From contig NC_068987.1 of assembly GCF_001194135.2 (NCBI RefSeq), positions 54,451,549 to 54,487,882 on the forward strand: DNA of 36,334 nt, given 5' to 3'. Origin of the DNA: Octopus bimaculoides. Its lineage: Eukaryota. The first letter of the stretch is position 1. Every line of letters starts with the position of its first letter. The notes beneath the pieces were generated by a model. It ran no database searches and was not told the DNA's origin. It saw only the letters and a list, made by a program, of their open reading frames with translations. Positions 1-11,489 of this stretch are shown here, one piece after another. Both the position numbers and the translations under genes were made by a program.

Positions 1-429
1 AACCAAATTTAATGACTGGCACCCATGCCAGTGGAGCGCTAACAGCACCATCTGAGCAGGATCACTGCCAGAGCAGCAGTTTCGCTCCCATGCCAGTGGC
101 ACGTAAAAAGTACCATTTGAACGCAATCATTTCCAGCTTCACCTTACTGGCACTTGTACCGGTGGCATGTGAACAAAACATTGGCTGACTCCTGTGCAGG
201 TGGCACATAAAAAACATCATTTGAGCGTGGCCATTGCCAGTACCCCCGGACTGGCCCTAGTGCCGGTGGCAAGTAAAAAAACACCCACTACACTCTCAGA
301 GTGGTTGGTGTTAGAAAGGGCATCCAGCTGTAGAAACTCTGCTAGGTCAGATTGGAGTCTGGTGTAGCCATCCGCTTCGCCAGTCAAATCGTCCAACCCA
401 TGCTAACATGTAAAACAGACATTAAATGA

Positions 430-433
<4 letters not shown>
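1..433 (+). mobile_element. RTE-clade LINE 3' UTR fragment (tandem ~65-bp units, (GAT)n tail)
   Basis: Repeated TGCC(A/G)GTGGCA..GTAAAAAGCACC units, then GAGTGGTTGG..TTAGAAAGGGCATCCAGCTGTAG..GTCCAACCCATGCTA..TTAAATGATGAT. The same 3' block lies directly downstream of an RTE C-terminal coding remnant at 3590-3880 (minus). Confidence 0.75.
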
Positions 434-466
<33 letters not shown>

Positions 467-869
467 TACACAGATACATACAATCATATTCCCAGATGTG
501 TGTGTGTGTGAGTGCATATACATGTGTACACACACACACACACACATATGTGTGTATATGTGAATATATGAGTGCTTGTGCACATATGTGTATAAATCAT
601 AGTACATATAAATAAGTAGATTCAGAAAGACAGATAGACAGACCAACAGGTAGATACTTAGATAGGTAGGCGGTTTAAAACAACTAGGTAGAAATGCAGA
701 TAGATCAACACTTAGACAGATAAGTTTCTATCTGTGTGAATTATAAAAGCTTTATAAACACTCTTCTCATGGAGACATCACTGATAACAAGATAATTAAT
801 TTACATCAATAAGGAATTGATGTATGTGTCATTCTATCCCAATTTTTATCACTACCATCACTATAATCC

Positions 870-900
<31 letters not shown>

Positions 901-1170
901 TATTATTGCCGTTATTACTAGCATCACTGATATCACATTATAACCAGCAATAGCAACTGAAGCAATGGTAAGCGTCAACAGCAACCTTAGAATTTTCATT
1001 GCCATTACTATCATCATCATAATTCTTAACAAATGAAGGAGCATCTACAGAAGCATTTCCCAAGGTAGGACAAGTGCCTCACCAGTGAGGTATAGCAATT
1101 GTTCATTAGAGTGAAACATAAGTAAACTATGAGTAAATAAAACTTACAATAATTTTTTTAAAATTATCTT

Positions 1171-1410
1171 CATCATCATCATCATCATCATCATCATCGT
1201 TTAACATTCGCTTTCCATGCTAGCATGGGTTGGACGATTTGACTGAGGACTGGTGGACCAGGAGGCGACACCAGGCTCCAATCTGATTTGGCAGAGTTTC
1301 TACAGCTGGATGCCCTTCCTAACGCTAACCACTCCAAGAGTGTAGTGGTTGCTTTTACGTGCCACCGGCACGAGGGCTAGTCAGGCGGTACTGGCGACGG
1401 CTACACTCAA
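1171..1410 (-). mobile_element. RTE LINE 3' end, short 5'-truncated copy
   Basis: Reverse complement of the 3' block at 1-433; starts with (CAT)n, which is the (GAT)n tail on the minus strand. Confidence 0.75.
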
Positions 1411-1587
1411 ATATATATACATATATATGTATGTNNNNNNNNNNNNNNNNNNNNNNNNNNNNNNNNNNNNNNNNNNNNNNNNNNNNNNNNNNNNNNNNNN
1501 NNNNNNNNNNNNNNNNNNNNNNNNNNNNNNNNNNNNNNNNNNNNNNNNNNNNNNNNNNNNNNNNNNNNNNNNNNNNNNNNNNNNNNN

Positions 1588-1624
<37 letters not shown>

Positions 1625-1632
1625 TATCAAAA

Positions 1633-1840
1633 CATTCGACTCACTCCTGTGCAGATGGCACGTAAAAAGCACCCACTACACTCTCGGAGTGGTTGATGTT
1701 AGGAAGGGCATCCAGCTGTAGAAAGTCGGCCAGATCAGATTGGAGTCTGGTGTAGCCATCTGGTTCACCAGTTCCCAGTCAAATCGTCCAACACATACTA
1801 GCATGGAAAGCAGAGGTTAAATGAGGATGAATGATGATGA
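1633..1840 (+). mobile_element. RTE LINE 3' end, short copy
   Basis: One tandem unit plus the AGGAAGGGCATCCAGCTGTAG..GTCCAAC block and a GATGATGA tail. Confidence 0.7.
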
Positions 1841-1842
1841 TA

Positions 1843-2367
1843 TATGTCTTGCAAAGACCTGTTGGGGCAAGTGAAATCGAAATCATAATTGAACCAAATT
1901 TGATGACTAGCACCTGTGGCAGTGGAACACTAACAGCACCGTCCAAGTGTGATCATTGCCAGAGCAGCTGTCTGGCTTTCGTGCCGGTGGCATGTAAATA
2001 GCACCATTTGAACGTGACCGTTACCAGTGTCACCTTACTGGCACTTGTGCCAGTGGTACATGAAAAAACATTCGAGCGAGGTCGTTGCCAGTGCCGCTGG
2101 ACTGGCTCCTGTGCAGGTGGCATGTAAGAAACACCATTTGAGCATAGCCGTTGCTAGTACTGCCTGACTGGCCTTCGTGCCAGTGGCATGTAAAAGCACC
2201 CACTACACTCTCTGAGTGGTTGGCGTTAGGAAGGGCATCCAGCTGTAGAGACTCTATCAGATCAGATTGGATCCTGGCGCAGCCATCTGGTTCGCCAGTT
2301 CTCAGTCAAATCGTCCAACCCATGCTAGCATAGAAAGCGGACGTCAAATGATGATGATGATGATGAT
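1843..2367 (+). mobile_element. RTE LINE 3' end with complete 3' UTR (~5 tandem units)
   Basis: Starts at a remnant of the ORF end (resembles VLEKT..K*). Unit markers at ~1994, 2060, 2124 and 2190 (64-66 bp spacing). Ends in (GAT)n. Confidence 0.75.
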
Positions 2368-2726
2368 GTATGTGTGTGTGTGTAAGTGTGCATTTGGTCA
2401 TCTTGCATGAAAATGAAAATTTAACAAGCATGTATTACACGTCTGTACTCTAAGTGTAACAGCTGGGAACTGATGTGACCTCTCACCCAAAGGATCTTGC
2501 CTATGTGACATTAGTTTTGGCAGGAAAAACTATACTGAGATACCCTTTAAATGCACCTTATATATATATATAGTTAAAGAGAGAGAAAGAGAGAGAGATA
2601 AGATTCAGGTAAAAACCTTGTAGAATGCTCTGCAGAGCTTGTCCACAATTATTGGCTACCTGATGTCATCATACAGTGGAAACGCTCCTGTTACTAGATA
2701 TACACCAGGAATTCCATAGTATCCAT

Positions 2727-3112
2727 TGGTGATTGGCACTCCATCGGTTATGACGACGAGGGTTCCAGTTGATCCAATCAACGGAACAGCCTGCTCGTGA
2801 AATTAACGTGCAAGTAGCTGAGCACTCCACAGACACATGTACCCTTAACGTAGTTCTCAGGGAGATTCAGCATGACACAGAGTGTGACAAGGCTGGCCCA
2901 TTGAATACAGGTACAACAGAAATAGGAAGTAAGAGTGAGAGAAAGTTGTGGTGAAAGAGTACAGCAGGGTTTGTCACTATCCCCTGCTGGAGCCTCGTGG
3001 AACTTTAGGTGTTTTCACTCAATAAACACTCACAATGCTCGGTATTGGAATTGAAACCACGATCCTACGACCGCAAGTCCGCTGCCCTAACCACTGGGCC
3101 ATTGTACCTCCA
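2727..3112 (-). mobile_element. tRNA-derived SINE, full length, 12-bp TSD
   Basis: Minus-strand head has an A-box TGGCCCAGTGG and a B-box-like GGTTTCAATTCC. Exact TSD CATAGTATCCAT at 2715-2726 and 3113-3124. A second copy lies at 33523-33923. Confidence 0.85.
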
Positions 3113-3142
3113 CATAGTATCCATAGAGTTTATATAAATAGA

Positions 3143-3890
3143 TCATCATGATTTAATGTCTGTTGTCCATGTTGGCATAAGTTGGAAGGTTTGACCAGGG
3201 CTGGCAAGCTGGGAGGCTGTACCAGACTCCAGTTTGATTTGGCATAGCTTCTTTGGCTGGATGCCCTTCCTAACATCAACTACTCTGAAAGAGTAATGGG
3301 TGTTTTTACGTGCCAGTGGTATGGGTGCCATTTGTGTGGCATCAGTATCTACTACAACTGTGATTTTACTTGACTTGATGAGTCTTCTTGTCAAGCACAA
3401 CATAATGCCAAATGTCTCGGTCATTCGTCATTGCCCCCGTGAGGCCTAACACACAAAAGGAACTTTTCACGTGCCACTGGCATCACCCACTTTGCCTCCA
3501 TGAGGCCCAATGCTCAATAGGTGCTTTTTACGTGCCACCAGCATGGGTGCCAGTTACATGACACCAGCATCAGCCTTGACTATCATTTAAACTTGGCTTG
3601 ACGGGTCTTCTCAAGCACAGCATATCACCAAAGGTCTCAGTCACTAATCATTGCCTCTGTGTGGCCCAAAGTTTGAAGTTTGTGCTTCACCACCTCATCC
3701 CATGTCTTCCTGGGTTTTATGTCTACCACAAGTTCTCTCCACAGTTAGAGGTTGGCACCTCTTTGCACAGCTGTCCTCCTTCATATGCCTCACACGACCA
3801 TACCAACACAGTTGTCTCTCTTGCACACCACATCTGATGCCTTTTATGCCTGACTTTTCTCTTGAGATGCTTACACTCTATGACAGAAAA
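3143..3890 (-). mobile_element. 5'-truncated RTE LINE: RT C-terminal remnant plus 3' UTR
   Basis: Minus-strand translation of ~3880-3590 gives REKSGIKGIRCGVQERQLCWYGRV..TCGR / PRKTWDEVVKH..D*DLW*YAVLEKTRQAK, a typical RTE ORF end with one frameshift and stops. It is followed by the tandem-repeat UTR and a (GAT)n tail. Confidence 0.85.
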
Positions 3891-3920
3891 TGGAACAAAT
3901 GACATTCTTTATTTAAAGTC

Positions 3921-4176
3921 ACTACAATTGTTTCAACACATTTTTGGACATGAAATACACTGGTGGAATGTTATGTAATCATTATCATCAACTCAATGTA
4001 GAACATGTGCCTCAGATGATTGTTTAAATAAGTCCTCCATTAGATCCTAGTGTCACATCACTCAGTGTGAGAATGCACTTGAGGGGATGCATTTTATGCT
4101 TTAGATGTATAATGATGATCACACAACATCTCACTAATGTATTACAGGTGTAAAAATGTGTTGAAACAATTGTAGT
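3921..4176. mobile_element. MITE-like element with perfect 25-bp terminal inverted repeats
   Basis: ACTACAATTGTTTCAACACATTTTT (3921-3945) is the exact reverse complement of 4152-4176; the interior has no recognisable coding sequence. Confidence 0.65.
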
Positions 4177-4291
4177 CATTCATTCCATTTTCTATCATTC
4201 ATCTATCCATACACACACACACACACACACACGCACACACAAGTACATAAACACACACAGAGACTAATAGGTTCATACATGCACATATATA

Positions 4292-4329
<38 letters not shown>

Positions 4330-4450
4330 TGCATGTATGATATATATATATTTATGCATTTATATGTATGTACATTCTGAATAATGCACACAAACACATA
4401 CAAATACTATCTCTTATACATGTGTATGCAAACGTATTCATTTATTCATG

Positions 4451-4481
<31 letters not shown>

Positions 4482-5535
4482 ATATGTATGTATGTATGCA
4501 TGTATGTATGCATGTATGTATGCCATTATACATGCTAACATGTATGCATTTATGCATGTATACATGTATGTATGTATGTATGCAACAGTACTAAATCTAA
4601 TTTTGGTCCTTTTGTTTCAAACTATTTCTCACATTGGCAGATTACAAAGACTTTTATAGAACACAGGTCTGATAATTGGAACAAATTTGATTTTGGTAAG
4701 CTTCAGAGGAATTGCTTTTACATTTATAAATAATCCACTATTTCTTTTACTGAATACTTGAAGAATGTAAAACCTAGTGACAATGAAATTTCGTTTCTGC
4801 AGGATTTATAGAATTATAGGAATTATACAGAATTACAGAAGTTACTGAATTGCTCAAATGCAAAATACAATTTATTTTCTTTAATAACGTCTTTAATTTA
4901 TCTCTGAAACATGCATATAGACAGACAAACACTGATATTTGCATAGGAAATGTGCAAGCAAACATATTTACAGATCATGTCCATTCACTTTTGTTGAAAT
5001 GTATGAACAGGTGTGTGCATGTCTATGTGTGTTTGTATGTATGTGTACACAACAATAGATATATGCATATTATGCATATGTTTTTGTATGTATGAATACA
5101 TTCTTAAGTCCACCATTTTGTCAATTGCAGCAGCTTCCAAGCTTCATCACTAATTCAGTGCTCAACTAAATTGCAAACACCTCTTCAGCTACACTTTGGC
5201 ATAAATAGTATGAGATTTGGTTCAGTAGAAAAAAAGTTACATCAAAATATCTGCAACCTCAAGGGGCAGATATTCATCTGCCAAGTAAGGCAGATATTCA
5301 TCTTCAATTAACATAAATATTTTAATTTCAAATTAAAAGTACAACTTTTTTAGGCTTAAATGATAGAAAAATGCATGAGGAATTCAGAATCATTAGTCGC
5401 ATTGAACAAAAATTAGTAGAAAGAGAGTTATGAGGTAAAATGTTACATTTTATGTCAGTAAGTAAGGAAGTAAGGGAGTAACGTTTATGCAATAAGAATA
5501 AAGAATATATTTCTAAAACGAATGCTTACTTCCTA

Positions 5536-5826
5536 AGGCGGTGAGCTGGCAGAAACATTAGCGCGGCAGGCGAAATGCTTAATGTTATATCATGTCTTTA
5601 TGTTTTTGAGTTCAAATTTCACCGAGGTCAACTTTGACGTACAGATTAATTAATTTTTTTAACTAAACACTTTCAGACTTCCAATACAGATAGAATATGT
5701 CACATAGAACAGGGTTTATTCTTAACGTTTTTGACAAAATTTTGTATTTTAGAAGCAGTATTTCGTCTGTCTTTACGTTCTAAGTTCAAATTCTGCTGAG
5801 GTCAACTTTGCCTTTCATCCATTTCA
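5536..5826 (+). mobile_element. tRNA-derived SINE fragments (GGCGGTGAGCTGGCAGAA family), partly duplicated
   Basis: Head GGCGGTGAGCTGGCAGAAAC..GAGTTCAAAT..GAGGTCAACTTTG at 5536-5640, and a second partial copy at 5755-5826; both match the intact copy at 28967-29196. Confidence 0.7.
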
Positions 5827-7466
5827 GATCTATTCAATTAGACGCACAGATTATTTAATTAATTTTTTTTTAACTAAACACTTTCAAATTTCCGGTACTA
5901 GTAGAATGTGTCACATAGAACAGAGTTTACTCTTAATGTGTTTGACAAAATTTTGTATTTTAGAAGTTATTTCATCAGAAGTTACAGAATGGCAATGGAC
6001 AAATTCGTGTTTGATAAGTGTCAATACACGAAACACTCAGCTTTTGACTTATTCTCTAACGTCTGCCGATGATATATATATACATATTAAATATATTTGT
6101 AAAAAAAAATCTCATCACGCAATCAAACCAATGAAAGAATCTCTACCTGGTCGCTCAACATGCTAAAAATAGCAACCAATGTATCCCCCTACCTAAATCA
6201 CACACCCATTGTATTTAATGTCCTAGATCATCCATAAAAAGATGGTTTACTGAAGGCTGGAATGTCTTTGATGATACAATTGCATCATCAGGGTTTATTT
6301 GAGGCTAAATAACAACAGCATTATGGTCAATTTCTATATTGACACCCACCCGATTTTCATTAAGAAAAAAAAACAAAAAAATTTGATTTGTTGTGTGGAA
6401 TCAAGTACCCTGATCTCCTAATATACTGCAAATCCTTTATTTTGCATCGGAAAAATGAGGTGGGATTCCCCCCCTCCCCCGCCTAATCCAGAAATCTTTG
6501 GAAACTGTTTTTTTCATTGAATGAATTCCTGTGAATTCCTAATATTTCAAAACTAGGTTACTTAAGGTGAGCCTGGTAACTGATGGTTTTGGGGTTTTGT
6601 TGTTTGTAACTTTTGGTGAACCATGGTGCAACCAGCATNNNNNNNNNNNNNNNNNNNNNNNNNNNNNNNNNNNNNNNNNNNNNNNNNNNNNNNNNNNNNN
6701 NNNNNNNNNNNNNNNNNNNNNNNNNNNNNNNNNNNNNNNNNNNNNNNNNNNNNNNNNNNNNNNNNNNNNNNNNNNNNNNNNNNNNNNNNNNNNNNNNNNN
6801 NNNNNNNNNNNNNNNNNNNNNNNNNNNNNNNNNNNNNNNNNNNNNNNNNNNNNNNNNNNNNNNNNNNNNNNNNNNNNNNNNNNNNNNNNNNNNNNNNNNN
6901 NNNNNNNNNNNNNNNNNNNNNNNNNNNNNNNNNNNNNNNNNNNNNNNNNNNNNNNNNNNNNNNNNNNNNNNNNNNNNNNNNNNNNNNNNNNNNNNNNNNN
7001 NNNNNNNNNNNNNNNNNNNNNNNNNNNNNNNNNNNNNNNNNNNNNNNNNNNNNNNNNNNNNNNNNNNNNNNNNNNNNNNNNNNNNNNNNNNNNNNNNNNN
7101 NNNNNNNNNNNNNNTACTATAGTTTATAAATAACACTATATTTATTTAAGTTGAAGTTGGCTAATTTACTACCTTAAATACAGAAAAAAGTGACTAATTA
7201 GACAAAGTTACAAATTAGTTGAACAGTTTTGTACAATAAATTTAAAAGATGAGAACTGTAAAGAGTGATAAATTAGAAGAACTGGCATTCTTTACTGCAA
7301 TATTTTAAGTAAAAAGTTTCTTATTCTTTGCTTTACTAGAAGTAATAGCTTGTCCTATACTTTTACAGTAGCCACATCAAAGAGGCAGATGAATGTTACT
7401 ATTTTAACTCCAGGCAGATTCTCTGCCAGCTAGTTTTTGGTGCAAGCTCTGCACCCTTTATATACA

Positions 7467-9131
7467 AGAGTTTACAGTGTCTACACCCAAGCCAAGCAGA
7501 ATGTTTCTACTTACTGCTCCTTTGGCATGAAATACTGAGTCCCAAATCATTCCAAGATTCGAGGAGAGTAAATGATCATGTGTGTAAAATTTATAGGGAA
7601 GCATACTATCAACAAGGTTTTTTTAAGAAAATGATGTGCATTGGGACCTTGCATTGACTGAAGCATCAGTATCAGATTCCCCAAGGAAACTTTGTAACCA
7701 TTTTGCAATTATACTGAAGATGTGTCGACTTAGCAGTTTCCTACAGCTTTGGATGAAACATCAGGAGGACATGGCTGAGGACTTAAAGTATGCAGTTCAA
7801 CAGGAAAACCCAGATATCAATATTCAGTTCTCTGAAAGTTTTTAACCAAGCACTCACTGAAATTGAAGAGTGAGTTTTGGCCACAGGAGACAAAAATTTT
7901 CAAGAGTCTGGCTCTGGACTGCCAAAAATAAACCGTCAAATAGTGATTTAATTTCAAGAGATATAGCAAAAGAGACAAATTGTGACATCACAGAGTTGCC
8001 TGCATTTGTGAATGAACATGAACCTAAACTTCTTCCAGAACAATGTTGTGCATATGATATAATTATTTCGTCAGTCAGAGAAATAAGTGGAGGAATTTTC
8101 TTACCTGATGCTCCTGATGGCACAGGTAAAACATTTGTAACAACATTGCTTGTCTCCAAAGTAAGGCAACAAAAGAAAATTGCAGTTGCTGTAGCATCAT
8201 CTGGCATTGCTGCCACCATTCTTTTAGGACAAACAGCTCATTTTGCTTTTAAATTACTGCTAAACTTGGTCACAAATAACTGTCCAATTTGTAACATAGG
8301 TTCAGCAGAATTGTTGCACCAATGCCATCTGACCATTTGGGATGAATGCACATGCTAGCTTTATTACATGGGAACCACTGCACAAAACAGTTTTCAACCT
8401 GGCTCCTCCAATTAGGAAATGGTGATGGGAATGGTGATATCAATTTGGCTCATATTGCTATCATGGTAAATTCCCCAGCTGAATTGAAGAACAGGGTATT
8501 TCCAGACTTAGATAATAAATATAATTCACATAAATGGTTGGGTGAAAGGGCAATTCTTGCACCAAAACAATGAGACAGTAGCAAGGATTAACCATGAATT
8601 AATGAATAAGATTCCAACAGTCATTAAGGAATACAATGAAAATCAAGCTGTCCATTACACATCAGAGTTCCTTAATTCTCTTGAGCTACCTGGTACTCCT
8701 CCATATAAACTTTTTCTGGAGGTAGGAGTCCTAATAATGCTTCTAAAAAATTTAGATCCTCCTAAATTATGCAATGGGACAAGGTTGGTTGTGAAGACAT
8801 TATCTCCTAGTGTGATAGAAGCTACCATTATCACTGGATGTGCCATTGGGGAAGAGGTTTTCATTCCAAGAATTCCAATCAAACCAAAATACATGCCCTT
8901 TGAGTTCAAAAGAACACAATTCCCAGTGTGACTTTGCTTCACAATGTCTATTAATAAAGCTCAAAGCCAGACTTTGAAATCTACTGGCTTGCACTTAATT
9001 GAGCCTTGCTTTTCTTATATTCAACTTTATGTTGGTTGTTCCAGGGTCAGTAGTTTACAAGATTTATTTGTTTATGCTCCAAACCAGAAAAAAAAAAAAA
9101 GAATGTTGTTTATCCAGAAGTGCTTACATAA
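7467..9131 (+). pseudogene. Helitron RepHel pseudogene (region between Rep and helicase, plus PIF1-type helicase to the natural C-terminus)
   Basis: Across frameshifts and stops: RVYSV/HPSQAECFYLLLL, SFQD..VN..C.IYREA, ENDVHWD, DAPDGTGKTF (Walker A), AVASSGIAATIL, IWDEC, ERAILAPK, MLLKNLDPPKLCNGTRL, IPRIP, QFPV*LCFTMSINKAQSQTL, QLYVGCSRV, KNVVYPEVLT* (stop 9129-9131). No HUH Rep motifs are seen. Confidence 0.92.
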
Positions 9132-10814
9132 TTTACTTCAGGATATGATAGAATTTATCTCCCTTCATAAAAGTGGTAAATCTTGTATTTTTGGTTATTA
9201 TTATTATTATCATTATTATTATTATTATTATTATTNNNNNNNNNNNNNNNNNNNNNNNNNNNNNNNNNNNNNNNNNNNNNNNNNNNNNNNNNNNNNNNNN
9301 NNNNNNNNNNNNNNNNNNNNNNNNNNNNNNNNNNNNNNNNNNNNNNNNNNNNNNNNNNNNNNNNNNNNNNNNNNNNNNNNNNNNNNNNNNNNNNNNNNNN
9401 NNNNNNNNNNNNNNNNNNNNNNNNNNNNNNNNNNNNNNNNNNNNNNNNNNNNNNNNNNNNNNNNNNNNNNNNNNNNNNNNNNNNNNNNNNNNNNNNNNNN
9501 NNNNNNNNNNNNNNNNNNNNNNNNNNNNNNNNNNNNNNNNNNNNNNNNNNNNNNNNNNNNNNNNNNNNNNNNNNNNNNNNNNNNNNNNNNNNNNNNNNNN
9601 NNNNNNNNNNNNNNNNNNNNNNNNNNNNNNNNNNNNNNNNNNNNNNNNNNNNNNNNNNNNNNNNNNNNNNNNNNNNNNNNNNNNNNNNNNNNNNNNNNNN
9701 NNNNNNNNNNNNNNNNNNNNNNNNNNNNNNNNNNNNNNNNNNNNNNNNNNNNNNNNNNNNNNNNNNNNNNNNNNNNATATGTATATATACACACATCTGT
9801 ATATATATATATGTATGTATATACACACATATCCATGTATTTGTATGTATGTATGAATATATATTGGTAGCTATCTCTTAATATTCTTTTTTTGTTTTTA
9901 TTTTGATATGTGGGTCTTTTAATATGAGGCTGCTGACATAATAAAGCCTATCAGTAAAAAATCTGACTGTGGCAAACAAATCAATATGTGATTGCTGAGT
10001 TATTAAGTTAATAGTCACAAAAACTCTATTGGGAAAATCTATATAAATTCAACCAGTAATACCAATGCCAAATATAGTTGAATCTTGAAAATAAGACTGT
10101 CGAGGTCTGCAAACATCGAAGATGAATTCAGGAACTCTATTGTTCCAAATTAAGTGTAAAAATTAATAAGAAAGTATGAAAAATCTAGATAAAAAGGATC
10201 AAAAAATAAAACCTAAAAAACAAAGTTGCATAAAATGAAATATGTGTAAAAGAAAAACTGTTCCCCATACATACTAACACACAGACACACACAAGCACAC
10301 ACACACACACACACACATATATATAATTGCTTATATACTTGCTTATTTGCCATCACTGAAGAGTATGTGGTATTACTTAACTGTGCTATTATCTAACAAC
10401 CACTTTTAAGATCCAGTGCAAAACCAATACTCTGTACTTTAATTAATGTGTGAGTGTGTGCGCGCGCGTGCGCGCGTACAATATGATTATAAGAACACAT
10501 ATGACTTAAGGTACATTAAACACATTGAAGCTGATGGAACCCTACTAAATTGATGCACACAAATGCAACGGACACACCAAGGCACACACACACACACGCA
10601 TATATATACATTATATAGATAGATAGATAGATAGATAGATATACATCAATATATTGAATAAATTAGTTGATGTTATAGATTTGATAATTAGTGATAAAAG
10701 GCAATTATATGACTCGGTTAAATTTATATGAATTAATTATTTCTATGTATTCAAATACCACTAAATAAACATCACAGCTGAGCTTAAAGCATCAGAACAG
10801 GTTTTACTTAAATA

Positions 10815-11020
10815 AATATCTTTTATTGTTTTCTTGATTCAGTCATTGGATTGCAATCATGCAGAGGCACCACCTTCGATGGTTTAGTCAAACAACATGA
10901 CTTCATTATTTATTTTCTAAGGTAGATAGTTAGATATTCTATTGGAATCTTTTTGTGAATTTCTGAGTCACTGTGATGCAAACGAATCAGCTCCAGTTGT
11001 CAAGCAGTGATGGAGGACAC
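10815..11020 (-). mobile_element. Old, degraded SINE 3' portion (same family as 18032-18425)
   Basis: TTCAGTCATTGGATTGCAATCATGC..GCACCACC..CCAGTTGTCAAGCAGTGATGG resembles the tail seen at 29362-29570. Confidence 0.5.
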
Positions 11021-11036
11021 GTATATATCATCGCTG

Positions 11037-11210
11037 TCATCATCATTATCATAATTTAACGTCTACCTTCCATGCTGACATGGGTTGGATGGTTTGACAG
11101 GAGCTGGCCAGGTAGAAGACTGCAACAGGCTTGTGTGTCTGTTTTGACACAATTTTTACAGCTGGATGTCCTTCCTAACATCAACCACCCAGCAGAGTTG
11201 ACCCTAGCAG
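11037..11210 (-). mobile_element. RTE LINE 3' end, short copy
   Basis: (CAT)n, then TTTAACGTCTACCTTCCATGCTGACATGGGTTGGA..ACAGCTGGATGTCCTTCCTAAC. Confidence 0.65.
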
Positions 11211-11489
11211 ACATACACACATACACATATATATATATATGTACATATACATATATTTGTATGTATGTATGAGTATATGTTTGTAGCAATCTTTCTTTTT
11301 GTTTTCTTTTCTTATTTTGTTTTTGATATGTGGCTTCTTTAACATGTGACTACTGACATGTCAAAAATTTGACTGTTGCAAACGAATCAACATGTGATTG
11401 CTGAGTTATGAAGCTAATAGTCAAAAAAACATTTGTGGGAAAATCTATGTAAATCCAACTAGTAAACAAAAAACAATTCCAATGCCTGT

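Noticed and set aside
1900-2200. CRISPR-like regularly spaced repeats
   Set aside because: The units are degenerate along their whole length, there are no unique spacers or cas genes, the context is eukaryotic, and the RTE 3' UTR explains them.
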